Numbered from the stretch's first letter, positions 30,274 through 40,655 are shown. The stretch is 64,000 nt of DNA from an uncultured Haloferula sp. (GCA_965652295.1 CBFGTS010000012.1:60706-124705); one strand, 5' to 3'. Program-made: numbers and translations. Notes: a model not told the origin generated them from the sequence alone.

Positions 30274-31248
30274 ATGGCACTTCTCGACGTCCAGCACCTC
30301 ACCACCCGCTTCCACACCCGCAATGGCATCGTCCACGCGGTCGAGGATGTCTCGTTCTCGGTGGAGCCCGGGCAAACGCTTGGCATCGTCGGCGAATCGG
30401 GCTCAGGGAAATCCGTGACCTGCTACTCGCTGCTCGGTCTCATCCCCCAGCCTCCCGGACGGATCCACGCGGGGACGGCGATGTTTGATGGCATCGATCT
30501 TCTATCGTGCGGTGAAAAGCAGCTCCGCAAGATCCGCGGCAAGCGCATCTCAATGATTTTCCAGGATCCCATGACCTCGCTGAATCCCTACATGCGGATT
30601 CGCGAGCAGCTCACCGAACCCCTCGAACTCCACGAAGGCATGCGCGGAAGGGCCGCCATCGCCCGTGCGGTGGAAGCCCTGGCCGAGGTCGGCATCCCCG
30701 ATCCCGAGAAACGGATCACTTCCTACCCCCACGAGTTTTCCGGCGGCATGCGCCAGCGGGTCATGATCGCCATGGCCCTCATCACCCGCCCCGAACTCCT
30801 CATCTGTGACGAACCCACGACCGCCCTCGACGTCACCGTGCAGAAACAGGTGCTCGACCTGATCCGCGATCGTCAGAAGGAACTCGGAACGGCGGTCGTT
30901 TTCATCACCCACGATCTCGAGGTCATTTCGCAAGTCTGCGACCACGTGAACGTGATGTATGCAGGACGGATCGTCGAAAGCGCCGCCAACCAAACGCTCT
31001 TCCGCCACCCTCGGCACGCCTACACCCGCTCGCTTCTCCAGAGCATCCCGGCCCGGCACCGCAAAGGAGAACCGCTCTACACCATCCCGGGGCTGCCGCC
31101 GGACATGTCGGATCCGCCTCCGGGCTGCGCATTCCACCCGCGCAACCGCATCGGCAAACCCGAGCTGTGCGTGACTGATCGCGCCCCCGGGCTGAAGGAA
31201 ATCGAGCCCGGCCACTTCGTCCAAGACTGCCCGGGCTGCCTGGCTTGA
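30274..31248 (+). CDS. Oligopeptide/dipeptide ABC transporter ATP-binding subunit (OppD/DppD-like), with no partner genes nearby
   Basis: [35 protein letters not shown] and HAYT. Confidence 0.92.
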   Translation: MALLDVQHLTTRFHTRNGIVHAVEDVSFSVEPGQTLGIVGESGSGKSVTCYSLLGLIPQPPGRIHAGTAMFDGIDLLSCGEKQLRKIRGKRISMIFQDPMTSLNPYMRIREQLTEPLELHEGMRGRAAIARAVEALAEVGIPDPEKRITSYPHEFSGGMRQRVMIAMALITRPELLICDEPTTALDVTVQKQVLDLIRDRQKELGTAVVFITHDLEVISQVCDHVNVMYAGRIVESAANQTLFRHPRHAYTRSLLQSIPARHRKGEPLYTIPGLPPDMSDPPPGCAFHPRNRIGKPELCVTDRAPGLKEIEPGHFVQDCPGCLA

Positions 31249-31283
31249 CTCCCCCGGAATTGGTTGCCTCATCCGGGTAAGCG

Positions 31284-31311
31284 AAAGGCGGAGGCAATCG
31301 CCCCCGCCTTT
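31284..31311. terminator. Probable bidirectional terminator between oppD-like gene and dnaN
   Basis: AAAGGCGGAGGC-AATC-GCCCCCGCCTTT hairpin between convergent genes. Confidence 0.6.
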
Positions 31312-31349
31312 GAAATTCCTGCAAGTCGTTCGGAAAAACCGCCGCCTGC

Positions 31350-32447
31350 TCAGCCGGTCACGCGCATCGGCATGATGACGTAAAGGAAGCTACCCTCGAT
31401 TCGGACCACCCCGGGGCTCATTTCATCGATGAGATCGAGGTAAACCGTTTCCTCCTCGAGATTCTGGAGCGGTGCCTTGAGGAACTCCGGGTTGAAAGCG
31501 ATCTGAAGGTCCTTACCGTCGTAGGGCACCTCCATGTTTTCCCGGGCCTCGCCGACATCCGGTGAGTTCGCGGTAACCTCGACCTGGTTCGGCGAAAACA
31601 CGAGCTTCACCGAGTTCGACTTGTCGGACGAGAGCAGCGACACACGACGGACCGTTTCGAGCGTCGCCTCGCGCGGCAGCTCGACCCGCACGCTCGAATC
31701 GCCCGGAATGACCTGACGGTAGTTCGGGTAATTGCCCTCGATCAGCTTGCTGACCAGCAGGTGCTCACCGATCGAGAAGGAAATCTGGCTGTCGCTGAGC
31801 CGGACGAGCACTTCGCCCTCGGTGCCGAGAAGCCGCTGGAGTTCCTGCACGGCCTTGGTCGGCACGATCACATCCACCTCCTGGCTCGCCGGGAACTCGA
31901 GATCGTTCTCCACCATCGCCAACCTGCGGCCATCCGTGGCCACCAAGGTCAGCTTGCCCTCGCGGAACGAGGTGAAAATGCCGTTCAACACGTAGCGGGT
32001 CTCGTCCGTCGAGATGGCGTAGGCGGTTTTCTTCAGTCCGTCGCGCAGCAGCGCCTGGGGGATGCGGTATTCCTTCGCCCCTTCGAAGTCCGGCAGCGGC
32101 GGGAAGTCATCCTGGCCGAGGCCGATGATCTTGAAGAACGACGGTCCGCACTGAATCGAGGCGACATTCTTGGCATCCACGGAAATCTCCACCTCGCTGG
32201 CGGGAAGTTCGCGGATGATGTTCACCAGCTTCTTGGCCGGCAGCGTCGTCGCTCCGTCCTTGCTGACGTTTGCCTCCACCGACCCGGTGATGCCCACATC
32301 CAGGTCCGTCGTGGTCAGGCGCAAGCGGCCCTCCTCAGCGACGAGAAGAACGTTTGATAGGATGGGAAGCGTGGTGCGCGTGCTGACAACATGCTGCACC
32401 TTCTGCAGCCCATCCAGAAGGGCTTCTTTGGAAACAGTGAACTTCAT
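31350..32447 (-). CDS. dnaN: DNA polymerase III beta sliding clamp
   Basis: MKFTV, TLPILSNVLL, DETRYVLNG, VATDGRRL, LIEGNYPNY and YVIMPMR. Confidence 0.97.
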   Translation of the reverse strand: MKFTVSKEALLDGLQKVQHVVSTRTTLPILSNVLLVAEEGRLRLTTTDLDVGITGSVEANVSKDGATTLPAKKLVNIIRELPASEVEISVDAKNVASIQCGPSFFKIIGLGQDDFPPLPDFEGAKEYRIPQALLRDGLKKTAYAISTDETRYVLNGIFTSFREGKLTLVATDGRRLAMVENDLEFPASQEVDVIVPTKAVQELQRLLGTEGEVLVRLSDSQISFSIGEHLLVSKLIEGNYPNYRQVIPGDSSVRVELPREATLETVRRVSLLSSDKSNSVKLVFSPNQVEVTANSPDVGEARENMEVPYDGKDLQIAFNPEFLKAPLQNLEEETVYLDLIDEMSPGVVRIEGSFLYVIMPMRVTG

Positions 32448-32590
32448 GGCTCGGAAGCCGCCTCGCTTCGTAAGGCGGCGCGGCCATGCTCTCCGCATTC
32501 CCGAAGACTTGGCAAGCCTTCGTTTGGATAGAAAAGCAGTCTCTCCCGATCAGCGGGCCTCACTGAATTTCAAAAACTTTCGCAAGTGCC

Positions 32591-34015
32591 TCAGCGTCTT
32601 AGCTCCGTCTGGATCCGGTCGATCCGATCACGCAATTCGGAATCACTCGCCAGCAACGTGCTGACCTTCCGCACCGCATGAATCACCGTGCCGTGATCAC
32701 GCCCGCCGAAGGCCTCGCCGATCTCGATCAGCGAGCTTTTCGTCAAGGTGCGGCTCAGATACATGGCCACCTGCCGCGGGCCGGCAATGCTCGCCGGGCG
32801 GCGGCGGCTCGTCATGTCCGCCAGCCGCAGATCGTAATGCTCGGCCACCATCCGCTGGATGGAGTCGATCGTGACCTGCTTGCTGTTCTCCTCCCGGAAA
32901 AGGTCGCGCAGCAGGTGCTCCACCTTCTCCTGGGTGATGCGTTCGCCCGCCAACGAGGCATAGGTGCCCACCCGCATGAGCCCGCCTTCGAGCCGGCGGA
33001 CGTTGGTTTTGAGTCGCTCCGCCAACATGCGGACGATCCCGTCGTCGACCCGCACGCCCCAGTCCTCGACCTTCTTGTGCAGGATCGCCAGGCGCGTTTC
33101 AAAAGCCGGCGGTTGCAGCTCAACGGTAAGCCCGCATTCGAAGCGCGAGACCAGTCGTGGCTCGAGTTGTTTGATTTCCGAAGCCGGCCGGTCGCTTGTC
33201 AGGATCACCTGGCAGCGCCCGTCCAGCAGGGTGTTGAAGGTATGGAAGAACTCCTCCTGGGAGCGATCCTTGCCGCCGAGGAACTGCACATCATCGATGA
33301 GCATCAACTCCGCGTTGCGGTAGCGGTTGCGGAAACGGGCGAGGTCGCCCTTGCGGACCGCCTCGATGAACTCGTTGATGAAGCGCTCGCAGGTCAGATA
33401 AACCACTTTGGCCCCTTCCACACGCCCGAGCCACTCTTGGCCCACAGCCTGCATCAGGTGGGTTTTTCCAAGGCCCGGCCCGCCATGGATGAAGAGCGGG
33501 TTGTAGGCCCCGCCCCGACCTTCGGCCACCGCCTCACTGGCGGCATGGGCGAACTGGCTGTTGGCACCGACGACGAAACTATCGAACCGGAACGAGGGGT
33601 TCAACCCGGCCCTCTTCAGGCGCTTCTCGAACCGATCCGGTGCATCCTCCGACCTCGTGTCCGGGAACCAGTCCGGCTTGTCCTGCTCCTCGACGGCCGT
33701 CACCGGGCTGCGGTTCGCGCCGGGCTGGACCACATCGATCCGCACCTGGGAAAGCTCGGCGATGACCTCTCCGAGCACCGACTTCAGCTCATCGATGTAG
33801 TTCGTCTCGATCCACACCTGGTGAATCTCATTGGGCACCTCGACAACTGCCACGCCATCGGCGATCGAGCCCAGATTCGCCGCATTGAACCAACGCTCAA
33901 AAGCATCCCTGCCCACCATCGGACTCAGGAGATCACACGCCCGGCTCCACGCCGCGCCATCCTCCCCCGCCGTCTCGCATTCCTCCGCTTCCGTAAACGT
34001 GCCCACCGGTTCCAT
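32591..34015 (-). CDS. dnaA: Chromosomal replication initiator DnaA (start 34015 with GGAG Shine-Dalgarno; 34099 is the alternative)
   Basis: FDSFVVG, YNPLFIHGGPGLGKTHL, LIDDVQF, QEEFFHTFN, and domain IV RQVAMYL...GGRDHGTVIHA. Confidence 0.95.
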   Translation of the reverse strand: MEPVGTFTEAEECETAGEDGAAWSRACDLLSPMVGRDAFERWFNAANLGSIADGVAVVEVPNEIHQVWIETNYIDELKSVLGEVIAELSQVRIDVVQPGANRSPVTAVEEQDKPDWFPDTRSEDAPDRFEKRLKRAGLNPSFRFDSFVVGANSQFAHAASEAVAEGRGGAYNPLFIHGGPGLGKTHLMQAVGQEWLGRVEGAKVVYLTCERFINEFIEAVRKGDLARFRNRYRNAELMLIDDVQFLGGKDRSQEEFFHTFNTLLDGRCQVILTSDRPASEIKQLEPRLVSRFECGLTVELQPPAFETRLAILHKKVEDWGVRVDDGIVRMLAERLKTNVRRLEGGLMRVGTYASLAGERITQEKVEHLLRDLFREENSKQVTIDSIQRMVAEHYDLRLADMTSRRRPASIAGPRQVAMYLSRTLTKSSLIEIGEAFGGRDHGTVIHAVRKVSTLLASDSELRDRIDRIQTELRR

Positions 34016-34175
34016 CTCGTTCTCCAAATCTCTCGATCGTTCTGCTGTTCGGGGTTTCTCTCGCGGGTCGGGTTTCGTGTTTCCGGCGCGAGACGACATG
34101 CACCGGTTTACCCCCCTGCCACCGCCCCGGGGAACTCGTTTTCGCGTCGCCCGCGCCGCCGCGGAAAAGAGTCCC

Positions 34176-34303
34176 GTTTCCACAAGTGTTCCACGTCTAA
34201 ATTTTTTTAGAACTTGACCCTAATTTTGATTCAGCAACCCAAAGTTTCGATTCCCCCGGATCTAACACAATGCCCCCGTTTTACCTTATGAATCAAAGAG
34301 TTC
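34176..34303. promoter_or_regulatory. dnaA upstream control region: degenerate DnaA boxes, AT-rich tract and IHF-like site
   Basis: GTTTCCACA (34176) and TGTTCCACG (34187) carry 1-2 mismatches to TTWTNCACA. AT-rich stretch at about 34197-34232. AATCAAAGAGTTC (34291) has 1 mismatch to WATCARNNNNTTR. Confidence 0.45.
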
Positions 34304-34447
34304 CGCAACAAAATGGGGCTCATTCCGACGTGACAGGTTCGTCACAGCTCCATCCTCCGTCGGCCTCCCCCGCTGAGGATTGCTGATCGTCAACCAGTTC
34401 TTCCACGAAGGCGCGGAACACGGCCGAACCGCGGAGTGATCGGAAGC

Positions 34448-36076
34448 TCAAGCAACGGCTCGAGGACGCCCCGCCAGGTAGCCGAACAAGAAGGTGACCA
34501 GAGCGGTGACCGGCCATGCCCAGGCATAGCACCAGAGAGGCCGGAGAACCCCTTCACCCAGAGCAGCGGCGTCAAAGGTGTGCAGAACCCCCAGCCACTC
34601 CAACGGTACCCCGGCCTTGCCAAGCAACACCCACAGATCGGCACGGATGAGGGCAACCAGCACGAAGGAAACGGCGGAACCCCAAGCCAGGCTGGTGATG
34701 TTTCCGCGCTTCAAAACCGCACAAACCATGATGCCCAACAACGGACCCACGGTATAACTGGTCATGCCGAAAGCCAGTGGCAGGATCGGAATCCCCTCGC
34801 GCGCCACGTTCAGCAGCAGCGTGAACCCGGTGAGCAACAAGCCCCACAGGATCACCAGCAGGCGCGATTTCCATACGAGATTCAGCCCCTCCAGCTCGGC
34901 ATCGGTGCGATCCTCGGGGTGATAAAACAACGACAAGGTGGTCTGGCTGAGCGCCGCCAGGATCGAGTCGAGGCTCGAGATCGACGCCGCGAACACCCCC
35001 GCCAGCAACAAGCCGCTCAGGCCCGTGGGCAGCACCGTCACGATCCACATGGGAAACACGTAGTCATGCTCACCCGGGGCAAGCACCCGGCTCCCGGCGA
35101 TGGTTTCGTCGCCCGCGTGGATCAGCGCCGCCTCATCGGGACTGAAGGGATTCGCATGATAGTGGACGAAAAGCGCCGCACCCACCAACAGCATCAGCAG
35201 CGTGAGGAGCTGCCCGAAACAACTGAACACCAGCGCCTTCGAAGCATCCTTCGCATTGCGGCAGCAGAACATCCGCTGCGCGTTGAGCTGATCGACCCCG
35301 AAGGAGGTCAGGTTCTGGAAAGGCACCGCGAAGATCGCCACCCAGAAGGTGAACTGGAGCTCCGCCCGAAAGCCGGGTGTGAAATCCCACAGACGCGTTC
35401 TCCCGAAGCCGCTCGCCGTTTCCCAGAACTCGCCCAGGCCCCCCGGCAGACTGATCACGATCCACCCGAGCGCGATGATGCCGCCCAGAGCGAAAATCCC
35501 GAACTGCATCACGTCCGTCCAGATCACCGTGCGCATGCCCCCCATCAGAGTCCAGCCGATCGCAAACACGCCGATGATCAAGATGCTCAGCTCGATATCG
35601 ATCCCGGTGACCACCTTCAGCGGAATCGCCGCCACCAACACCCGCACGCTCTGGCCAAGGATGCTGCCGGCGGTGAAAAGCACCGTCGCCACCTTCTTCG
35701 CCCCGCGCCCGAGTCGCCGGCCCATGTAATCGTAGGGGCTGTAGATCTCGTGTTCGTAGTAGAGAGGCACGAGGTACTTCGCGATGATGAAGCGGGCCAG
35801 GATGGAGCCGATCGCCCACTGCAGGTAGGTGAAATCCCCCTCCATCGCAAACAGCGTGCCGGGAACCCCGATGAACGTGACGCCGCTGATTTCCGTGGCG
35901 ATGATCGACCCGCTGACCGCCGGCCACGGCAGCGAGCGTCCGCCGAGAAAGAAGTCGCGGATGGTTGCCTGACTGCCACTCATTCGGTGGCCAATCCACG
36001 TGCACAGCCCGAGGTATCCGAAGAGCACCACCCAGTCTATCCACGTGAAATGAATCGAGATTCCCGCGATCGGCAT
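34448..36076 (-). CDS. Sodium:solute symporter (SSS) family transporter
   Basis: DFFLGGRSLPW, SIIATEISGVTFIGVPG, GGMRTVIWTDVMQ, DQLNAQRMFC and AASISSLDS. Start reassigned to MPIAG. Confidence 0.9.
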   Translation of the reverse strand: MPIAGISIHFTWIDWVVLFGYLGLCTWIGHRMSGSQATIRDFFLGGRSLPWPAVSGSIIATEISGVTFIGVPGTLFAMEGDFTYLQWAIGSILARFIIAKYLVPLYYEHEIYSPYDYMGRRLGRGAKKVATVLFTAGSILGQSVRVLVAAIPLKVVTGIDIELSILIIGVFAIGWTLMGGMRTVIWTDVMQFGIFALGGIIALGWIVISLPGGLGEFWETASGFGRTRLWDFTPGFRAELQFTFWVAIFAVPFQNLTSFGVDQLNAQRMFCCRNAKDASKALVFSCFGQLLTLLMLLVGAALFVHYHANPFSPDEAALIHAGDETIAGSRVLAPGEHDYVFPMWIVTVLPTGLSGLLLAGVFAASISSLDSILAALSQTTLSLFYHPEDRTDAELEGLNLVWKSRLLVILWGLLLTGFTLLLNVAREGIPILPLAFGMTSYTVGPLLGIMVCAVLKRGNITSLAWGSAVSFVLVALIRADLWVLLGKAGVPLEWLGVLHTFDAAALGEGVLRPLWCYAWAWPVTALVTFLFGYLAGRPRAVA

Positions 36077-36154
36077 GGCGGACCCTAGAAACCCGCACCG
36101 CCGTCCGTCCACGACGGATTTGCGCCCCCCGCCGCGCTCGTCCATGCTGCCGCC

Positions 36155-36400
36155 GTGCAGCACGCCGATCTCGCCGTCCTCCTCCGCCGCCGACTCGAAA
36201 TCATCGCCGACCGCGACTGGTACGCCCGCGATCCCTCCGGCCATCTGGAAGCGTTGAAAGCGGTCTCCGCGGAGATCACCGCCTGGCACGAGGCCCGCCG
36301 CGGCACCCTGCCCGGCCGCCTTGAGCATTTCCTCACCGGCTGCTCCTACGACAAGGCCCTGAGGTTCATCGAGTCCGGCGGCACCTGGACCGGTCATTGA
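36155..36400 (+). CDS. Small hypothetical protein
   Basis: 81-aa ORF with typical codon usage and an LEHFLTGCSYDKAL motif. A promoter-like sequence ends 6 nt before the GTG. Confidence 0.7.
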   Translation: MQHADLAVLLRRRLEIIADRDWYARDPSGHLEALKAVSAEITAWHEARRGTLPGRLEHFLTGCSYDKALRFIESGGTWTGH

Positions 36401-36472
36401 GCCCCTTTTTACGGCATCGCGGCGATACCGCTCTTGCCCCGCCACGGGCGGGCTGACTACTCTCGGCCCGCC

Positions 36473-37225
36473 TTGCCAGACTCCAGTGGAACACACATCG
36501 TCGGACTTCTCCCAGCTCGCTGGGGGTCCTCCCGCTTCCCCGGAAAGCCCCTTCATCCGATCGCCGGCAAGCCACTCGTCCAGCACGTCTGGGAACGCTG
36601 CCGCCAGTGCTCGCGGCTCGATGAACTCGCCATCGCCACCGACGACGACCGCATCCGCAAAGCCGCGGAGAACTTCGGCGCGCGGGTGATCATGACCTCG
36701 CCCGCGCACCCGACCGGCACCGACCGCATCGCGGAGGCGCTGAGATCCCTGCCTCAGGCCACCCACATCCTCAACATCCAGGGCGACGAGCCGCTCATCG
36801 AGCCCTCGCTCATCGACGAGTTGGCCGCCGCCATGGCCGCCGATCCTTCACTCGACATGGCCACCGCCGCCAATCCGCTCGATCCCTCCGACCCCGCCGT
36901 GCTCGATCCGAACGTGGTCAAGGTGGTCACCGCGCTCGATGGCCGCGCGCTCTACTTTTCACGCTCGCCTCTGCCCTATTTCCGCAACGCGGTCGAGGGG
37001 CTCCCCGTTTTCCGGCACAAGGGCATCTACGCCTACCGCCGTAGTTTCCTCGAGAAATTCGTCACCTGGCCGCCCTCCCCGCTTGAACAGGCCGAGTCCC
37101 TCGAACAGCTCCGCGCCCTGGAAAACGGAGCCTCGATCAAAGTCATCCCCACCACCGACACCTCCCCCGGCGTCGATACACCCGAGCAGGCCGAAGAAAT
37201 CGAACGCCTTCTCGCTGAACTCTGA
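36473..37225 (+). CDS. kdsB: 3-deoxy-manno-octulosonate cytidylyltransferase (CMP-KDO synthetase)
   Basis: [43 protein letters not shown] and VDTPE. TTG start at 36473 inferred. Confidence 0.95.
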   Translation: MPDSSGTHIVGLLPARWGSSRFPGKPLHPIAGKPLVQHVWERCRQCSRLDELAIATDDDRIRKAAENFGARVIMTSPAHPTGTDRIAEALRSLPQATHILNIQGDEPLIEPSLIDELAAAMAADPSLDMATAANPLDPSDPAVLDPNVVKVVTALDGRALYFSRSPLPYFRNAVEGLPVFRHKGIYAYRRSFLEKFVTWPPSPLEQAESLEQLRALENGASIKVIPTTDTSPGVDTPEQAEEIERLLAEL

Positions 37226-37250
37226 ACACCAGCACCCTCGCAAACTTCCC

Positions 37251-38876
37251 GTGAAATTCATCTTCGTCACCGGCGGCGTCGTCTCTTCCCTCGGCAAAGG
37301 CCTCGCGGCCGCCTCGATCGGCACCCTGCTCGAACACCGCGGACTCAAGGTGCTGATGCAGAAGTTCGATCCCTACCTCAACGTCGATCCCGGCACCATG
37401 TCGCCCTATCAGCACGGCGAGGTGTACGTCCTCGACGATGGTGCCGAGACCGACCTCGACCTCGGCCACTACGAGCGTTTCACCTCCGGCGTGCTTTCCC
37501 GGATGAACAACCTGACCTCCGGCCAGGTCTTCGACGCCGTCATCAAGAAAGAGCGCAAAGGCGAATACCTCGGGAAAACCGTGCAGTTCATCCCGCACGT
37601 CACCGATGAGATCAAGGCGCGTCTCCACAAGGTGAAGGACGACAACCCCGACGTGAACGTCCTGATCACCGAGATCGGCGGGACCGTCGGCGACATGGAG
37701 GGCCTGCTTTTCCTCGAGGCCCTCCGCCAGTTCGCCCTCGAGGTCGGCAAGGAGAACGTCTGCTTCATCCACGTCACCCTGCTTCCCTACATCAAGGCCG
37801 CCGGAGAGGCGAAGACCAAGCCCACCCAGCAGTCCGTCGCCAAACTCCGCGAGATCGGCATCCAGCCGGACATCATCATCTGCCGCACCGAGACCGACCT
37901 CGATGAGGACAACCGGCGCAAGATCGCCATGTTCTGCAACGTCGAGCGCAAGAACGTCGTCGCCTTCCGGGACGTCGCCCACACCATCTACGAGTGCCCG
38001 CTCGATCTCCGGCGCGACAAGATCGATCGCCTCGTGGTCGACAAGATCGGCCTCGGCCACACGCCTTCCCCCGCCCTTGAGGAGTGGGAAACCTTCGTCC
38101 AGAAGATCATCAAGCCGCGCAACCGCGCCGTGATCGCCGTCGTCGGAAAATACATCGAGCTCCAGGACGCCTACAAATCCATCTACGAGTCGCTGATCCA
38201 CGCCGGCGCACATCACGACACCAAGGTCGAGATCGTCCGCGTCGAGGCCGAAGCCATCGAGACCCGCGGCGCGGCCGATGCGATCGGCACCGTCCACGGC
38301 ATCCTCGTCCCCGGCGGTTTCGGCGACCGCGGCATCGAGGGCAAGATCCTCGCCGCCCGCCACGCCCGGGAAAACGGTATCCCCTACTTCGGCATCTGCC
38401 TCGGCATGCAGATCGCCACCATCGAGTTCGCCCGCAACGTCTGCGGCCTCGAAGGCGCCAACTCGACCGAGTTCGACAAAAATTCGCCCCACCCGGTCAT
38501 CTGCCTCCAAGAGGAGCAAAAGGGCATCCAGGACATGGGGGCCACCATGCGGCTCGGCTCATGCGAAAGCATCCTCTTCGCCGGCACCAAGGCGTCCGAT
38601 CTTTATGGCGGAGCCGACCGCATCCACGAGCGCCACCGTCACCGCTACGAATTCAATTCGGACTATCAGGATCGCCTCCAGAAGGCCGGCCTGGTCATTT
38701 CCTCCGTTTCCGCCGGTGAAGGGCTGGTGGAAATCATCGAGGTGCCCGACCACCCCTTCTACATCGCCGCGCAGTTCCACCCCGAGTTCCAGTCGAAGCC
38801 GAACAACCCGCACCCGCTTTTCGCCGGTTTCGTCAAAGCATCCCTCGATCGCGCCCACCTCGAACTCGAAAGCTGA
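37251..38876 (+). CDS. pyrG: CTP synthase
   Basis: GTG start. [29 protein letters not shown] and QFHPE. Confidence 0.98.
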   Translation: MKFIFVTGGVVSSLGKGLAAASIGTLLEHRGLKVLMQKFDPYLNVDPGTMSPYQHGEVYVLDDGAETDLDLGHYERFTSGVLSRMNNLTSGQVFDAVIKKERKGEYLGKTVQFIPHVTDEIKARLHKVKDDNPDVNVLITEIGGTVGDMEGLLFLEALRQFALEVGKENVCFIHVTLLPYIKAAGEAKTKPTQQSVAKLREIGIQPDIIICRTETDLDEDNRRKIAMFCNVERKNVVAFRDVAHTIYECPLDLRRDKIDRLVVDKIGLGHTPSPALEEWETFVQKIIKPRNRAVIAVVGKYIELQDAYKSIYESLIHAGAHHDTKVEIVRVEAEAIETRGAADAIGTVHGILVPGGFGDRGIEGKILAARHARENGIPYFGICLGMQIATIEFARNVCGLEGANSTEFDKNSPHPVICLQEEQKGIQDMGATMRLGSCESILFAGTKASDLYGGADRIHERHRHRYEFNSDYQDRLQKAGLVISSVSAGEGLVEIIEVPDHPFYIAAQFHPEFQSKPNNPHPLFAGFVKASLDRAHLELES

Positions 38877-38919
38877 ACCGGTCGGATGCCCTCAAACGGT
38901 CCAAACTGGCGGACCGGAA

Positions 38920-38978
38920 TTGGAACGCGAGCTTCAGCTCGCCCGGCAGGACAATGCGAGCTGAAGCCCGCGTTTCAA
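38920..38978. repeat. Inverted REP-like doublet (BIME-like)
   Basis: TTGGAACGCGAGCTTCAGCTCGC and its near-identical inverted copy (TTGAAACGCGGGCTTCAGCTCGC on the minus strand), 13 nt apart. Confidence 0.7.
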
Positions 38979-39084
38979 CCATTCAATCGCCACCCGCCAT
39001 CCCCCGATCCCGTCGATCCTGGGAGAAATCCCTGGCAGGGCGGTTCCCCTCCGAGACTTGTTGAGAAGTCCTCCGTCTTCTCCC

Positions 39085-39113
39085 TTGCCAAGCTGAGGAG
39101 CGGACTTTAACAC
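39085..39113 (+). promoter_or_regulatory. Putative promoter for tRNA-Arg
   Basis: TTGCCA-17-TAACAC followed by a GC-rich discriminator. Confidence 0.5.
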
Positions 39114-39153
39114 TCCCGCCCGCCCGCGGAACCCCTGCGGCACCGGTCACCAA

Positions 39154-39228
39154 GGACCCGTATTTCAACGGATAGAATGGCGCCCTCCGAAGGCGCAGAT
39201 GCAGGTTCGATTCCTGCCGGGTCCACCA
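39154..39228 (+). tRNA. tRNA-Arg(CCG)
   Basis: Acceptor stem GGACCCG/CGGGTCC, anticodon arm GCGCC-CTCCGAA-GGCGC, T-arm GCAGG-TTCGATT-CCTGC, A20 identity element and encoded CCA. Confidence 0.95.
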
Positions 39229-39267
39229 CCGGATGACTCCAGCCGATGGTGTTTTCTCCCCGCCGCC

Positions 39268-39681
39268 TCAGCCCGCGGCCAGGCGATCCTTCAACGAGGT
39301 CAGCTGCTTGCGCCAGTCCTCGAACTCGCCGTCCTCCTCCCACTGGGTCCGCAGTTCCGAGGGCTCGTTGAAAATCCGGTCCACCACCTTGCGGGCGCGC
39401 TTGGCACGGCTCGCATCAGGTTCGAACTCCTGTTCGTCGATCCACTCCTCCAGCGCGTCGGTATCTTCCGCCGTCGCTCCAGGCTGTCCGTTGATCCACG
39501 CCACCACTTCGGCGGCCGCAATCGCTTCCTCTCCTTGCTGCGCTTCAATGAAATCATCCCCCGCGGCAAGCACCGACGAAAACGCTTCGTCGACCATTTC
39601 CCAGCCGGAAGATTCCACCAATTCCGCCAGCCAATCGGCGGCGGTGTCATTTGCAAACGCGGTCGTGTCCCATGAACCCAT
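39268..39681 (-). CDS. DUF4259-like acidic protein
   Basis: MGSW...F.ND.A.DW, AIAAAEVVA and SELR..W.E motifs. Confidence 0.8.
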   Translation of the reverse strand: MGSWDTTAFANDTAADWLAELVESSGWEMVDEAFSSVLAAGDDFIEAQQGEEAIAAAEVVAWINGQPGATAEDTDALEEWIDEQEFEPDASRAKRARKVVDRIFNEPSELRTQWEEDGEFEDWRKQLTSLKDRLAAG

Positions 39682-39712
39682 GGCCGTGTTTCATCCTAGG
39701 CTTCCGGACCTG

Positions 39713-40540
39713 TCAATCGCTGATGCGAATCTCCTCGGGGTCCCATGACACGGAGGGATACCTCAGCTCCAGATCCTCCAGCGTATCCGCGAAAAGCCGG
39801 GCCACCGCGAGATTCCGGAACCACTTCCGATCCGCCGGGATCACATACCATGGCGCATAGCGGGTGCTCGTCCTCGCAATCAGGTCCTCGTAGGCGTGCT
39901 CGAACAGGTCCCAGCGCTCGCGGTCCTCCAGATCGTCGGGGTGGAATTTCCAGTGCTTGGAGGGGTTGTTCAGCCGCGCCTCCAACCGCCGCTTCTGCTC
40001 CGCCTTCGAGATGTGAAGGAAGATCTTGATGATCGTCGTGCCCTCCTCGGCCAGCATCCGCTCGAACTCGATGACGTGGCGGTAGCGGCGTTTCCAGACC
40101 TCGTCTTCGTAGAGTTTCTTCACCCGTACGGCGATGATGTCCTCGTAGTGGCTGCGGTTGAAAACGGTGATCTCCCCGTTGCCCGGAACGTGCGGATGCA
40201 CCCGCCACAGGAAATCGTGCGCCAGTTCGTCCTCGGTCGGTTTCTTGAACGACTTCACCGTGATCCCCTGTGGATCCACCGAGGAAAACACGGCCTTCAC
40301 GCAGCCGTCCTTTCCGCCCGTGTCCATCGCCTGGATGATCACCAGCACGCGGTGCTTGCCCTGGGCGTACAGGACCTTCTGCTGGGCCTTGATCCGCAGC
40401 GAGATTTCCTGAAACAGCGCCTCCCCTTCGGTCTTGGAGCCTCCGGAAAAAATCGACGCGTCGTCCGTGTCCCGCTGGCTCAGCTTCACTTTCCCGCCTT
40501 CCGGGACGAGGAATGCCTTCCGAGGATCGCCTAACTTCAT
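39713..40540 (-). CDS. ppk2: Polyphosphate kinase 2 family (class III-like)
   Basis: QAMDTGGKDG, FKKPT..E..HDFLWR, FNRSHYE and PWYVIPADRKW. Start reassigned to MKLGD. Confidence 0.93.
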   Translation of the reverse strand: MKLGDPRKAFLVPEGGKVKLSQRDTDDASIFSGGSKTEGEALFQEISLRIKAQQKVLYAQGKHRVLVIIQAMDTGGKDGCVKAVFSSVDPQGITVKSFKKPTEDELAHDFLWRVHPHVPGNGEITVFNRSHYEDIIAVRVKKLYEDEVWKRRYRHVIEFERMLAEEGTTIIKIFLHISKAEQKRRLEARLNNPSKHWKFHPDDLEDRERWDLFEHAYEDLIARTSTRYAPWYVIPADRKWFRNLAVARLFADTLEDLELRYPSVSWDPEEIRISD

Positions 40541-40655
40541 GTCACCCCATGCTTGCGACCCGGCTCCGGCGAAGGGAAGCACCAATTGAAGCACCCGGCT
40601 TCTGTCACATTTTCTGCGTTGCATGACGAAACCGCCCCGCCACTCTCATTTCCTG

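Noticed and set aside
39229..39700. tRNA-Arg as an integration site
   Set aside because: No integrase, no duplicated tRNA 3' end and no compositional shift were seen downstream.
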